Shown: positions 24,701 to 37,555 of the stretch, piece after piece
Layout of the letters: each line of letters opens with the position of its first letter
Position numbering within the stretch: the first letter of the stretch is position 1
Source of the DNA: Phallusia mammillata
Taxonomy: Eukaryota
Reading direction: 5' to 3'
Assembly (NCBI GenBank): GCA_965637545.1
Contig: OZ281497.1
Span: 28,272,001 to 28,336,000, forward strand
DNA: 64,000 bases
Translations under genes and position numbers: made by a program
The notes under the pieces: model-generated
Seen by the model: only the letters and a program-made list of their open reading frames with translations
What the model was told of the DNA's origin: nothing
Databases searched by the model: none

Positions 24701-25146
24701 CACGACATTGGAAAGTACAAGCATAACATACATGCAAAAACTGGGTCAAATAATTATCAGATTTTTTGTATAATTTGCAGAACAAGTGAAGAGGTTTGCT
24801 TTTGGTAAACTTTTGATGTCATGTGAAAAATGAAATATTTTACAAACATTTGTTTATTAAAGTGACAAGTTTGTCCAAGTGAAAGTTCAAATAAATACTA
24901 CGAGCAGCATTCAAATTAATTTTGTGCTTTACTTGTTAGGTTAAGACGTGGCAGCAAAACATCATAGATTTCCTTTGTTTTGACATCGGCAAGGGTAGCG
25001 TTCTTCTCTGCACATTTTTGTTTTGCTTTTTCATACGATAAGCTCCTCTTCGACTTCCTTATCAGATACTCAACGTCATTTAATGAAGGAGGTTTTCCCG
25101 CAACAGCAGAGAACCACGTTAAAAACAGCAATCCTAACAATTTCAT
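21750..25146 (-). CDS. L7: intact type I C-type lectin/mucin receptor with EPN motif and ITAM-like tail (exons 24933-25146, 24132-24374, 23518-23802, 22891-23014, 22538-22587, 21750-22180)
   Basis: All exons are open and phase-consistent; intron 3 needs a GC donor (TCAG|GCAACT). CTLD: FYIGAKR..WSDG..EPNN..ENC..FRDVPC..FIC. TM IIVVSVVGSCVTIIVICLVIAFV-KSKRRRKKR. Tail has YSLA, YSVV, YSTP and YGQL-x10-YNVL. Confidence 0.86.
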
Positions 25147-27887
25147 TCCTGGATTTGCTCAAAAGACTGTAAAACACCAACGAAGTAAGCAACATTCCCA
25201 AGGAAGTGGCAACCAACCGTCCAACAGTAATGTAGTATTTCTATGGTAGTCGGCGCATATAGCAATTTTGTAGCTACTAAGGCATTACATTTTTATCGTA
25301 TGTTGCTCATCAACTTTCGATTTATTGAGTAATGGCACCAACTCGTTTGGCAACAATGAAATTAAGGTTAACCCGTTGGTATATAAATACCAAATGTCGA
25401 CTTCATGACTGATCATATTTTCAATATTGTCTTCTTTACTCGTCTCTATATTTCTAGCTTGCAAGCTCAATCGCATTGTGTAGCGACAAAACGGAAATAG
25501 CAAACTACACAAAACAAAACTTCTACAAAACTGAACGCTACTTTAACTATCTCCACAAATCCCGCAATTGCAACACGCAGACTACATTTGTAATAGTTTG
25601 TTATTCGACTTGCAGACCTAGATACTTCACTAGCTGTTAGCACTTCCATACATACTTCCATGATGCAATAGCCCAATAAGTACTAGAGATACATAACACA
25701 ATGGCAGCTAAGTTAAGAGCGCCTTGGTCAGGAAGTTGACTGCGGTCGAATTTCTTCAACTTTCGAACCCTGACGGGTAATTATGAATGCAACATACGTA
25801 ACAATGGAAAGAGTTCATTAAACTATAAATAGCTTGCTGGTCGAATTGTTGAGAAAAGTATAACAAAAGTTGAAGGACTAATAATAGACTGCTTGCTACA
25901 AACCAAAGCATGGAGCTAACGAAAAGTAGTCATTTTGCTGTGACGATCTTTAACAACTCAATTTGTTAAAAAAATCAAACACTATTCACATAGAGCACCT
26001 TTTTGCATCTAAATTGCGTTACTTTTGAAATACTGACATTGTTATTTTTTTAGAAACCGTTTTTTTTTAATTAAATGTGATTGACACTCTCATTGTGACG
26101 ATTTTTTGCCTAAAACAAATTGGGCCTTCAATTTACCTAGTATCTGTGTCAATCTAGTAGCATTCCTGTATTTCATGTGTTTGCAGGACCTTTACTGTGA
26201 GTTGAGTTTATTTTGCTTGATGAAAAAAACATAGCGACACAATAGCACTAAAAGGATCAACAAGTCGGAAAAAACCTGCTCATCATTAAAACGGCAAACA
26301 AGTGGATAGCACAGTTGGTGGATCATGATTAAACGCGCTGCAGCTACACCGTCATCGCTTGGCGATATGTGACTGGGGCTCATAAGAAAGAGAGTTTGGC
26401 TTATTGTATGTAATCACAAATGTAAGAGGTGGATGAATCACTGTTAACTGGTCTCTTGGTTTGCAAAATGTTGGGTGTGCTTTCCATGTATTTCAGTTAC
26501 AAATTTGCTAACAAAACGAAAGTAAACATCAATGACACTGTGGTATCAATGTGGTAATTTGCTTCGAAATCACTATAAAATGTACAAAATCGACAAGCAA
26601 CGTTTGTAACATTTTTTTAAATTCAGGTGCTAATCCAGAACATGTGTACATGATTATACTTTACCTTTCACTTGTGTCAAAAAATATTTACAACAGATAC
26701 TGTTGTTTAAGAACGGAGTAAAACGCACTTGCTCACGTGGATTTAAATAGAAAGTTATACTATCTAGCTTTGTTTGCTATTTGCGTTGTATAATCAACAT
26801 GTCAATTGACAAAGCAAGCTACTAGTCAGTTCTGTAAAATTGCTTTAATATTTGGTTTTATTTTAATTTACACCCTAAAACCGACAGTAGATGGTTATGG
26901 TCATCTTGCTCTCACAAGTGATGAAACGTGTCATATAACCTTACTTTACCAGGTGTGAGAGCAAAGAAAACTGGTCTCTAAAAAAAAGCGTTAACTTGGT
27001 GTTAAACACGCAACTTTAACCAAAAGCATTGTAGATTTATTTCAATTTTACGCAGAGTTGTGATTACCTACGTTTCAACTTCTTAAAAAAAATTCACAAC
27101 TCTGTTTAAAAAATAAGTAATCATAACAGGTGATTGCATTTTGCAAGGGTAAGTGTTTTTGCTTGCTTAAGTAATGAAAAGGAAACCACTCATTACAACC
27201 TCCTACCTATGTTGGTAATTAAAATACATGTGACAATTTTTACAAAACAAACTCCATGTATTCCACCTTGGGCTTTTGGATGATGTCATGAAGATTGTTG
27301 ACGTCATCTGTTTGTTGTTATGAAGTGGTCGGTTAACCCTTGGTTAAGAGACGGATTAGTCTGAATGAGTGGGATGTTTTGTGATGTTAAATTTTGCACA
27401 CTCGATTTAAATATTTTGTTTTTGTGTTCTTTGTCAATTTAGAAACAAAATACGCACTCTTATCAACCTAAACGCTTTTATCTTGAAATCTTGTATCTTG
27501 AAATTTCTGTGAAATAAATCTAATTTTGTTATAGTATTAGTTTTTGTGGAACGCTATACACAGATCTGTTTGTATTAGGTTTAATGCCGACTATGTTAAT
27601 TTTTTTTTTGTAATAACAAATAGTTCTGCAGTACCGCAAAACACTTAATAATTTAATTAAGTTTGATTTAGGGGTACGAGCCATACATTGCAAATTTCGA
27701 AAAGTGGAATTTAAAGAAACCCTTTAACGATATTTCAGCCACACATGCTACAGAGCAGGAATAAAACCAGAGCCAAGAAACTTTAATGATTTAGGTCGAG
27801 AAAAATACTTTTCAAACGTTCCTACAAAATCCAGGATATACATAAGTTGGTTCTAATTTTAAATGAATCGGATAAAACAAAACTTAC

Positions 27888-28600
27888 TCGCAGCAGGCGA
27901 GTTCTGTTGACAAATGATTTGGGCCAAATGTCGATAGCAAAGTATGTCTTTGAATCTAGCACAAGTTTCATCCATTTAACACAATTCTCTTTTACGTTTT
28001 CATTGTCTTTTAAGCCACAGAGAAGAATTTGGTTCCAATTTGCCTCCACCATATCACTAGAACAGTTCAGTTTTGTTTATCCTCGTTGCACCGGGAAAAT
28101 AGAAGAAACCATACCTAAAAAAATGTTTGGTTTGCAAAGCATAATTAAACTACCGAAAACCTGGAATACAGAACTAAAGCTTTGCTACGAAAGGTCCGAT
28201 TTAAGTAACGCGGATAAACTGCTTTGTCTCATTTAAACACAAAACGAAAAATCTGTAAGCTGTCCAAATATTAACTAACTACACACAACAAACGTTAACC
28301 CACTGTTGCCAATAGCTGCCAAACGCAAGAGTTTTCTAAATAAACATGCAAAAATAAGCTTTTATAATTCACATGAAAAAGGCTAGTAGCGCCTAACATA
28401 TAACAAGACTCCCACTGATTAGTAATGCCCCAATCAAGTGAATGCTTAAGGAAGTAATTAGCAAAATAAATTGATACAAAAATGCTAACGCAAGGAAGCA
28501 ACCCATCTAAGTATAGCTCAGGCAAACATTGTCGCAAAAGCAACCAGTAGTATTGGACCAATTGAGAGTAGCAGATAAGTGTCAAAAAATAGACAATGTT
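27888..28600 (-). pseudogene. L8: decayed CTLD paralogue, L4 subfamily (exon-2 relic 27888-28114; exon-1 relic ~28400-28600)
   Basis: Frameshifted GMVSS..GATRINKTELF..KENCVKMDETCARFKDILCYRHLAQIICQQ ending at a GTAAGT donor. Upstream relic LSA..W..G..SYT*MGC. Confidence 0.75.
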
Positions 28601-29334
28601 TTTTACTCGCCACCAATCCAATGACTATAAACTAATTTACTCAAACCGTCATACCGGTTTATCAACACGTTATAAACGGGTAAAATCATTCACATGTGTA
28701 ATTGAGCTGGCACAAAACGCTACAAACCTAAATGATTCCGTCATTGAGCAATTTATTTGCTGGATCTAGGTTTTATCATTGCTTTGCATTTTTGACCTGA
28801 TGTTGCTGGTAGAATGTGAAATTTATGTTGCAAGAAGAACTTGGCCTAATGACTTCCTTGTTGAGCCGATAGATTTCCGATAGCAAACTGGACTGACTTT
28901 GTTTCTAATTCCTAAATGTCTACAAAGCTCACACCATAGCCTTGTTTTCGTATCTCTTCTTGATTAAAGTTTCAGAAATGACAAAAACAAATATAAGCTT
29001 ATTTGACAAGAAATCAAGGCGCAAAATTGTTTAAAGTGTGATTTGTAATTTATAGAATATTAGCTCGATTTTGTACAACAGCAATCAGCTTAAAATAAAC
29101 CAACGCAAAACATTACGAATCCAGACAAAAATGAAACACTGTAAACTTGTACATGTGCAATCTTTTCATATAAGTACCGATTCGAAAGATCTATGAACAA
29201 GTTTGTTACATAACACAAAATTGTCAAATTGTTTGTTTGCGTATTTTGAGAAGTCGCGCAAGGTTTCATTTTGGAATTGTGGTTTGTTGAGAAGAAGTAG
29301 ATGACATAATGTTTTGAAAACGTTGACCATCGTT

Positions 29335-31397
29335 TTAGACCTTGTGAGTTACAAAGCTAGGATGACTATGAACTGCAAAACAAAAGTGTAAATCTCTTTA
29401 AAATGTAAACTTGTAGGTCTGAGATCTTTTACTTTTATGTCAAAGTAATAGGAACTTTTGATATTTTGTTTAGTAACGCTTTGTATTTTAAAGTTTACAG
29501 ATATACTAAGCAATAACAGGGATTTGTCGGCTTTCATTGTTTCGCATAAAGTGTTCCAGTGAAATAGCCTAAACTTAAGGTTTATAATTTATTTGTGTTT
29601 GCTACGTTTAGTTTTAATCTCATGACACAACATTTTTGCATATTATTTATGCTGTAGGTTAGTTGCTAATCAACGCAATTACCTGTACGAGTGTTTCCTG
29701 TATATCCCGTCCAAATTTTGTTCCTAGAAATAATTTTTGGTTAACAGTATGTATGTGTGTATGTCGACTAATTTGCTTAATGTAAAATTTTTGCAAATAT
29801 ATGTATAATTTCATTTTAATTGTATTGATCTATTAAAAGCAGATTAGGATGAACAAACAGAATTACAACCTGAGAAAAATCAATCTTTTACAGATCGGTT
29901 TCATGCAGGCAGTTTTCAAATGCTAGATATAATGCCCTGCAGTTTTGCCTTCACATTGAGCTAAAAGCTTCGTACCTGCGTCTACGTTTCTGAGCGGTGA
30001 TGAATACAATCACTTTGCATGTTATTATGATAATGAAAGCAGTGCACGCTGATACTACAAGCATGATGACGATCCCGTGAACTTTTTTCCCAGCGTCTGA
30101 ACCTTTAAACCAATTGCAAACAACAGAAAATTTGCTGAAAACAATAAAGGACTGTGTAATTTTTCCTACCTTGCACTGTGGCGGCAGTAGTCCACATGCC
30201 TATTGTAGTGGAAAGTGTGTAACTGGTTGCGTTGATCGACTTGGTGTGCGCTGTTTTGCTGATTTTATTGGATGATAACACGGTGCTAGCGAATGAGTTG
30301 GTAGTGATTGGTTTAGTAGATGGTAAAATGGTGGTTGTAGTTGGTTTGGCAATTGGCAAATTGGTGGTTGCGACAGGTTTGGTAAATATAGCAGCAGTAG
30401 TAAATCTGGTAGTGGGAATTTTACTGGATAGCGATTTCGTTGTGTTGATTGGTTTAGTGGTAATAACATTAGTGGGTTGTAATTTTGCGTTTGTGGATGA
30501 TTTACTAGAGGTCGCTTTGATTGATGATAATATGGTCGAAGTGGTTAGTATGGTTGGTACTGTAACATAAAACAGCCAATCGTCAACTTTATTTGCTTGA
30601 AACGAAAACCATACCTTTACTTAGTGTGAAGTATGTCATTATCCACTACACATTTTGGTCATGAGATTTTTTAATAAACAAAGTTTGCTCACGTGGAATA
30701 AGCTTTTGGCAAATGTATCCTGCACTTGATGAAGTGCAATTCGTGTCAAACCATTTGAAACGCTTAAACTCTCTTTCATAAAATATTAAAACACAATCTT
30801 CTTTTCCGCCATAGTTATTTGGTTGGCCATGACTCCAGACGTCTGCTGGAACTGACACATCGCTTCCATCATTCCATTGAAACTTATTTGTGTTTCCGAT
30901 TCGTTTTGCACCAATGTACAGCCAGTCGAAATGTTCTAAAATTTTAGCGTCAGTGGTTGCTGGTGATCTGTGAAAGCTATGCTATATTTACATGTTGGTA
31001 GAACGCCTGAACACTATGTTTGAAAAAAAAGGAGAAAAGAAGTTGCTATCGGGAAAATTTGTTTTAAGGAAACTAAAAGGTTTGATGCCAATCGTAGAAA
31101 ACAAGAATAATACACAGAATGTACAAATTAACCAAGGGAAATGCAACTTTCGTTCAAATAAACTCGAGACTAAATTTTACCTCCATCGCACAAGAGTTAT
31201 TTCAAAAAATTGTTTATATCCACAGTTTTGATGTTAGCTACATTAGCTCGCAAAGCAGAACAACTCTTCTCTGCTTCATGATATGAAGAGACTGAAGTCA
31301 TTTTGATGGAATATTGAAATTCATCGAAGTTATGCCAAGTTTGTCCTTTAGCAGAAACAGATAAATACAACATGTACAACAAAACTAACCTCAACAT
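29335..31397 (-). pseudogene. L9: complete TM-lysine-type lectin receptor with a single nonsense codon (exons 31181-31397, 30693-30935, 30170-30559, 29976-30102, 29683-29723, 29335-29372)
   Basis: All six exons have family lengths and GT-AG ends. The only lesion seen is TAA at 31197-31199 in exon 1. TM IVIMLVVSACTAFIIIITCKVIVFITA-QKRRRR. Tail NKIWTGYTGNTRTVHSHPSFVTHKV*. Confidence 0.85.
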
Positions 31398-31783
31398 GAT
31401 TATCGACCTGTAACCCTGCAACTTTTTTGAAAACTCAGCTATTTAATGAGTGGTGTAATTAGAAAACGCTTTTTGGTAAATCGAAAAAATAATAAAAATA
31501 AAGCAGGGAAACGTAGTTTTCTATTACGTCTATGTAAGTGAAACACAATTCTTTGACTAAAACTGTACTTCAACTGTTTAAAATGTGCATCTCCTCATGA
31601 CGTTCTAAAGAGTAATTGCAAACCTTATTCTACCAACATTTGAACAAATCGTGCAAGTAAAGAAGAAAAGTTTAATCGATGCTAAAAGTTTATGATAATA
31701 TATTTGCATATAATTTAAATATTCTCAACGTCGCTAAGTTTACACAAGAATTTGAATTTTAGACAAAATTTGATGGTATAACC

Positions 31784-32001
31784 CACGGGTTGGCAACCTT
31801 TTTTCTACTGCCGACCGGTTTTGAAAGTAAAATTTTATCGTAAACCGGTCTTCAAAAAACTTCAAATATTCAGCAATAAAAACGCTTAAATTTGTTTGTC
31901 ATCCCCGGGATACATGGGCAAAAAATTTTGAATGCATTGAACCTGAAACAGTTTACGGCCCGGTAACGAACTCGTCGCGGTCCGGCGGTTGCCGACCACT
32001 G
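31784..32001. mobile_element. hAT-type MITE
   Basis: TIRs cacgggttggcaacc / ggttgccgaccactg. Flanks gtataacc and gtataaac match at 7 of 8 positions. Confidence 0.8.
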
Positions 32002-32632
32002 GTATAAACAATAACCTGTTCAGCTACATTAAATATGTTGTCTCTATTTCACTGCCTGCATGTACTGCAAAAAATCATATTACCTTGCCAAATTAAATAA
32101 AAACAAGGACATCAAGCTTATTGTATTAGTTAAACGCTTCTAATCAGTCTTGCTTATGACGATTTGTTTTAAAGTGTGGCGTGATCGCTGGTCTGCATAA
32201 ACTCTTAATTTTGTGTTGTACCAGGACTACACTTGTTTAAGCGTAATAAAAACTTGCTTAGATAAATCTGCACTCTGCATAAGCCCTCACTTACATAAAA
32301 ATATCCGTGACTTATGCATTGCCTTTCTGACAGGCCAAAGTTTTCATCGTTTTTGTGCCTTGTCTGTACTGATTACAGGTTTATTACGCAACTATTAATG
32401 TGTAAACAAACATAAAAATCAACTACGTATTTTATCACAAATACGTGCACAGTTTCTATTTTCCATACCATTTTGGACAAAAGTATACCATGTAACTTAA
32501 TAATAATAGCTTTGCGGCAGTACTTCTATGTAAGATAAAGCAGTATGCATTAAATAAAAATTACCAGTGGGTATAATCAGTAACCAACAGGCGGAAAGTC
32601 AAAACAGAAAATGTGAACATGAGTTTGAATTA

Positions 32633-32773
32633 AGTGCAAAAGTTTATGGCTAAAATTTGAATAACGTGTGTACATGATTTTTATATGAGTGCAAAAGTTT
32701 ATGGCTAAAATTTGAATAACGTGTGTACATGATTTTTAAATGAGTGCAAAAGTTTATGGCTAAAATTTGAATA
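32633..32773. repeat. 55-bp tandem repeat, ~2.6 copies
   Basis: agtgcaaaagtttatggctaaaatttgaata... starts at 32633, 32688 and 32743. Confidence 0.95.
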
Positions 32774-33289
32774 TTCTCAAGACAGATTAGTTTCAACCCT
32801 AAATTGACCTTGGAGTATTGCAAAACTCAGAACATTTGTAAGTAGATATTATACTTTACTTACACTCACAGCTACATTGTATCTAAGATGTTAATTATAT
32901 AACAATTCAATATTTGTATTTACTGGTAATTACATGCTTGTTACCAAAATAACAATATGTAAACGATATTAAAAAAAACAGTTCACGAAAACATGTTTGC
33001 TAAAGGATATTGGCACGTGTACAGGCACAAAAAACACTGACTAGGATTTGTACTTTGAAATGCCCTTCCCCAAAATACATAATTGGTAAAAAAAGAGTAT
33101 AAAAATCAAATCGCGAGACATACCTTCGAGAAGTTTAAACACACGTAGCAAAAATGATAGGTTTAGTTAAGATATCTCGGGCAAATAGTGCGTCAATTTT
33201 GCAATGTTTCTACCATACATAAGAAATGGACAGACAGACTCAACAGGCAAAATTCTAATCATAAGTTTTTAAACTATATACAGTTTGGT

Positions 33290-33535
33290 TTGTTTATTTG
33301 TCACGTCGTAGTTTATCGTAGGGTGAATCCGATTCGTCGTTAACCCCATGTCTATTATCATAGATATTAGTTGGATTGCTGCCGCTTGCAAATTGATTGT
33401 GGACTTCCACATGTTGAGATAGTTGCAAAGTTTCGTAACTGACTTTATTCAATTGATTGTGATCGCATTTTAGAACATGTCATTGTTCTCCATTGTCGTT
33501 AACCTTTGTAGATTGTTTCAACTTTCTGACCTTCC
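33290..33535 (-). pseudogene. Orphan copy of the L12-type ITIM tail exon
   Basis: VRKLKQSTKVNDNGEQ*HV..VSYETLQLSQHVEV..NIYDNR..DSPYDKLRRDK* aligns with the L12 tail and has one internal TGA. Confidence 0.8.
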
Positions 33536-33939
33536 TGGCAAAAGCGTTTAACCAAAATCAGGTTATTTTTTGTCATATTAAATAAGCTTTTATTGAATTT
33601 AAGTAATACTGTACAAGTTACTCGAGTTGTCAAACAGGACTTTTTGCTAACGTTTTGTCTGCCAGAACCTATCACAAAGCAGCAAACTTCCAGCTTCCAT
33701 GGAAGCTAAAAAGTCGTCGGTGATCATTTCGGTTAATGTTTTATTTCAGACATTTGTCCAATTTTGCCAGAAAACATAAATGGCCAAGCAACAATGCGAA
33801 CCAAGATTGGAGATGCTGTAATGGCCAGGCGACACAACACTGTACTTATTTATGAAATAGCAGTATCCATAAAGCTATAAAGGCACATACCTCCTTCATA
33901 CGATAGGTTGTTGTAATGATGTAAGTTGTTAAATTGAGC

Positions 33940-35757
33940 CTACACAGTTTCATGATGGCAGTAATATGCCTGTAAATACGAACCTTGTGTGACATCACAT
34001 GATTTGACTTCATCAGCTGATTGTTTTTGTGATGCGGTTGGTCGTAGGGAGACAAACATTGTTGGATTGTTGTGTGTTTCTGTGATTTGACGATTTCCAA
34101 CTATTAAAAAACAAGATTGTTGACTGACATTTGTTAGCTGTAAGTGAAAATTTATCTTGCTTAAAATCGGAACACCTACTGGTATAGACGTGGACACTCT
34201 CATTTGCATATCTGTCTGATGCTGCATTTCTACAAAAGTAAAGTTGAAATAGTTGACAATAATAGTGGTATCAGCTCTATATTAGTATTTTGTAAACAAG
34301 GTCTTGGATCAAGAGTAAAATTTACATTTTTCTTCCTCATTTACACTGATTTTATTGTTGACTTATTCGATTGGGAGCTTTAACTTATTCCATGTACCAG
34401 CTCGGATTGTTCTTCCACTTGCACTCTTAACATATTTTAAAATTAGGGTCTGAACTCTTAAATACCAAAGCATGCAGTTGAAAACAAAACTTTACCTTCT
34501 TTTACGTTCCAGCAACGTAACATTTGCTGTAGCAAAGCAGATTATGACGAAGGCAATTACTCCGCACACAGAGATGATTATTTTGTCAAACATTGTTGTA
34601 CCTAATAAACCCAATTTTGATTATACTACCATAAGTATGAACTGGCCGGTTTCTTACCTTTTCTTGTGTGATTAGTTGATATGCTTGTGGTGGCAGTCGA
34701 ATCAATAAATGGTAATGTGGTGTTTATAATTGCTTCGATTGATGATAATTCGATAGATGGTATAGTTGTAGCCGTTGGTTTGATAGAAGATAATATAGTT
34801 TTAGCAGTTGGTTTGGTAGAAGATAATATAGTTTTAGCAGTTGGTTTGGTAGCTTGTGAAATGGTTGTAGTGGTTGGTTTAGTAAACGTTAATATAGTAG
34901 TACTTTTTGACTTGGTAAATGGTGTTACTGTGGTATTGTCTGGTTTGGTGGTTGCTGTAACAAACATATACGGTTACAGTCAGGTATTTTTAGCAAGCAT
35001 CAATCAGTTGCAAGCTCCTATCAAAACTTTTTTTATTCAAATAAATAACATTTTTTCACCAAAAATAAGCTTTTGGCAAATGTAACCGGCACTGTATGTT
35101 GTACAACCCATACCAAACCATTTGTAACACATAAACTACGGAGTGGTTACATACAACATGACAACACAATTCTCTTGTTCGCGGTAGTTATTTAGTTGCG
35201 AAATTCCCCACGCATTAGCTGAAACTAAAACATCGCTTCCGTCATTCCATTGAAACTGATCAGTGTTTCCAATTCTGTGTGCACCAATATACACTTAGTA
35301 GAAGGGTTCTATAAAATGACATTTGAGATTTAATTTTGTTTGTTATATTTCCTACACCGAAGAGGATGTGGCACAATCGGGTATTGATAGTTTGTGAAAA
35401 AACTAGTTATATATTTGTTAAACGGCCCAAAACAAAGATTTAGAATAATAAGTAAGCTGTAAGCAGATACGATAGTTTCGAGAAAAAACACAGTCTTTAT
35501 TAACGGCGCCGATCGATTCTTTTTCAAAGATATCGGAACTTATGTTTTGCCGCCAATCATAGAAAACAATAGTATTAAATACGTACGACAAAAATCTATT
35601 AAGGTAAATAAACTGAAATTCCTAGTTGCTCGGACAAAATGTCTTTTTAAAAAGTTTTTGATTTCGATAGTTTTGACATTAGCCACATTAGCTTGCAACG
35701 CAGAACATTTCATCTCTGCTTTAGCATATGAGGAGACTGGAGTCATTTCGATGGAAT
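33940..35757 (-). pseudogene. L10: lectin receptor pseudogene (partial exon 1 ~35620-35757; 35060-35308; 34658-34954; 34496-34601; ~34387-34427; 33940-34100)
   Basis: The signal-peptide half of exon 1 is absent and its donor is not GT. Exon 2 has two in-frame stops (FY*VYIGAHR; TTP*FM). Stalk, TM (IIISVCGVIAFVIICFATANVTLL-ERKRR) and an L3-like tail exon (ETHNNP..ADEV) are open. Confidence 0.85.
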
Positions 35758-36270
35758 AACTACAAATGTCATATTAGCATAATATTTAGCAACTCTAAAC
35801 ACTCAAAAAGGTATCTAAAAAAGAAGAATGTAAATTCTTGACTCCGGCTAAACATTGTTTGCTAACATATATCTAGGAAAGCTGCTTAAAGTACTATATA
35901 AAGTGGTTTAGATTATTTTCTGCAAAAAATAATCACCCAGAACTATTTGCAGAAACTCCAGACCAGGAAAACTTAAAACCTGATTCAAAATCCCAACATT
36001 GAAAAAAAAAGTGCTCACTTCGTAAATCAGTTCTAGGACTGTCTAGCTTATTTATGGCGACTTATAGTTTGGACAGTTCACTTTTTATTAATAGATTATC
36101 TAGGGGTGATATATTTGTGTCCACAGTACATGGCATTTAATTTGAATAACATTTCAATATTCTTGAATTCACTTAATGTATGACGGTAGCTTGCACTTTA
36201 ATCAACGGAAAATACCGATACAAAAAGTACAAAAACAGAATGCGATCTACTTACCTTACAACATTACAAG

Positions 36271-36385
36271 ACATTACAAGAGTTATTAAATTTACATTAC
36301 AAGAGTTATTAAATTTACATTACAAGAGTTATTAAATTTACATTACAAGAGTTATTAAATTTACATTACAAGAGTTATTAAATTT
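36271..36385. repeat. 23-bp tandem repeat x5
   Basis: acattacaagagttattaaattt, five consecutive copies. Confidence 0.95.
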
Positions 36386-36414
36386 AAAATCTGTACCAAC
36401 TACAACATTACCAA

Positions 36415-36600
36415 GTTCGGGTTTGCGGTGATTACTCAGTGGCCGTCAATTCTCAACACGACACTCACCGTCAGCCACTACTGTTACCGATCTAATGCAG
36501 CAACTTGAGGGGCGTGGTATTTCCAAAATAAATCTGGCAGATGCATACAACCAGATCAGACTTGGTCCAAAAACCGAAAAACGTTAGCCATCAGTACTCT
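36415..36600 (+). mobile_element. Ty3/Gypsy reverse transcriptase fragment (degenerate)
   Basis: Across frameshifts it reads CGDYSVAVN..HRQPL..DLMQQL..SKINLADAYNQIRL..LAIST, the typical Gypsy RT N-terminal motifs. Confidence 0.8.
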
Positions 36601-37555
36601 TCTGTGGGTTTGTGTTAGCGGACACACTAAGAATTAGCCATCGTTGTTTACTAAACCACTGCGCCCATTTCTTACAATCTATCTTTTGTTTCCGTTGGTG
36701 CTTATTATTATTCAGACTGTACGAGCTAAGCCATTGCACGTATGTGGTCGCGGAATTTTATCTATGCCCTTATGTAACACAGTAAGTGTACTTAACACAT
36801 TGTTAGCAGATAAGTTGTTGCGTTTAAAATTGGTAGTTTTAAATCCACTGTATTTGTTAACTCGTTGCACAGTTGTGGTATGTGTCATCTATCGCGCATT
36901 TGGGCAGTGTTTCATCTACGAACAAAACCGTAAGTTATACTAAATGAAAATAAACAAATTCTGGTCCGATTAGACAGGAACGAAATACCAAAACAAAAAA
37001 TATAAATAAAATATATACGGAAATATTTCGCATGTCACCCGTTGTACATTTTTTTGTTGATTTGTTTCTATAACACTTGTTTTTCATCTTTTCAAATTGA
37101 TAAAAGAGAAGGTTAAAATTGGAGACACTGTGAAATGTTTGCTTTGAAATCACGATAATGTGTGCTTAAAATGGACAAAGCAACAATAGAAAAATATGGC
37201 ACAGAATGAGAACATATCTACGATATTACACATTAGGCCCCACTTGTGTCAAAAATATTTACTACAGCCACCGTAGTTACATAAATCAAAAGATATGCTA
37301 ATTTGGAATTTTTTTAAAATTTTGACACAATGGCGGTATGTTTTAAAAGTAACTTGATAAAGCAAGTCAGTAGTTCTATAACATTGCGGTAATATTTGGC
37401 TGCCAGTCAGCTTAATTTGCAGCCAAATTTACATGACAGAACTGACGGTAAATACTTATGTGCTAGTCCTTTAGCTCCCATTCGTAACAAAAACGTTTCT
37501 GTTTGTAAAATAAATCTAGGTTACTATGCTTTTATTGTCATAAAATAAAACTTAC

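Noticed and set aside
29890-29975. Alternative L9 tail via a 39-nt intron (RALYLAFENCLHETDL*)
   Set aside because: The intron is very short and the AG is not conserved in L5. The 41-nt exon at 29683-29723 fits the family phase pattern better.
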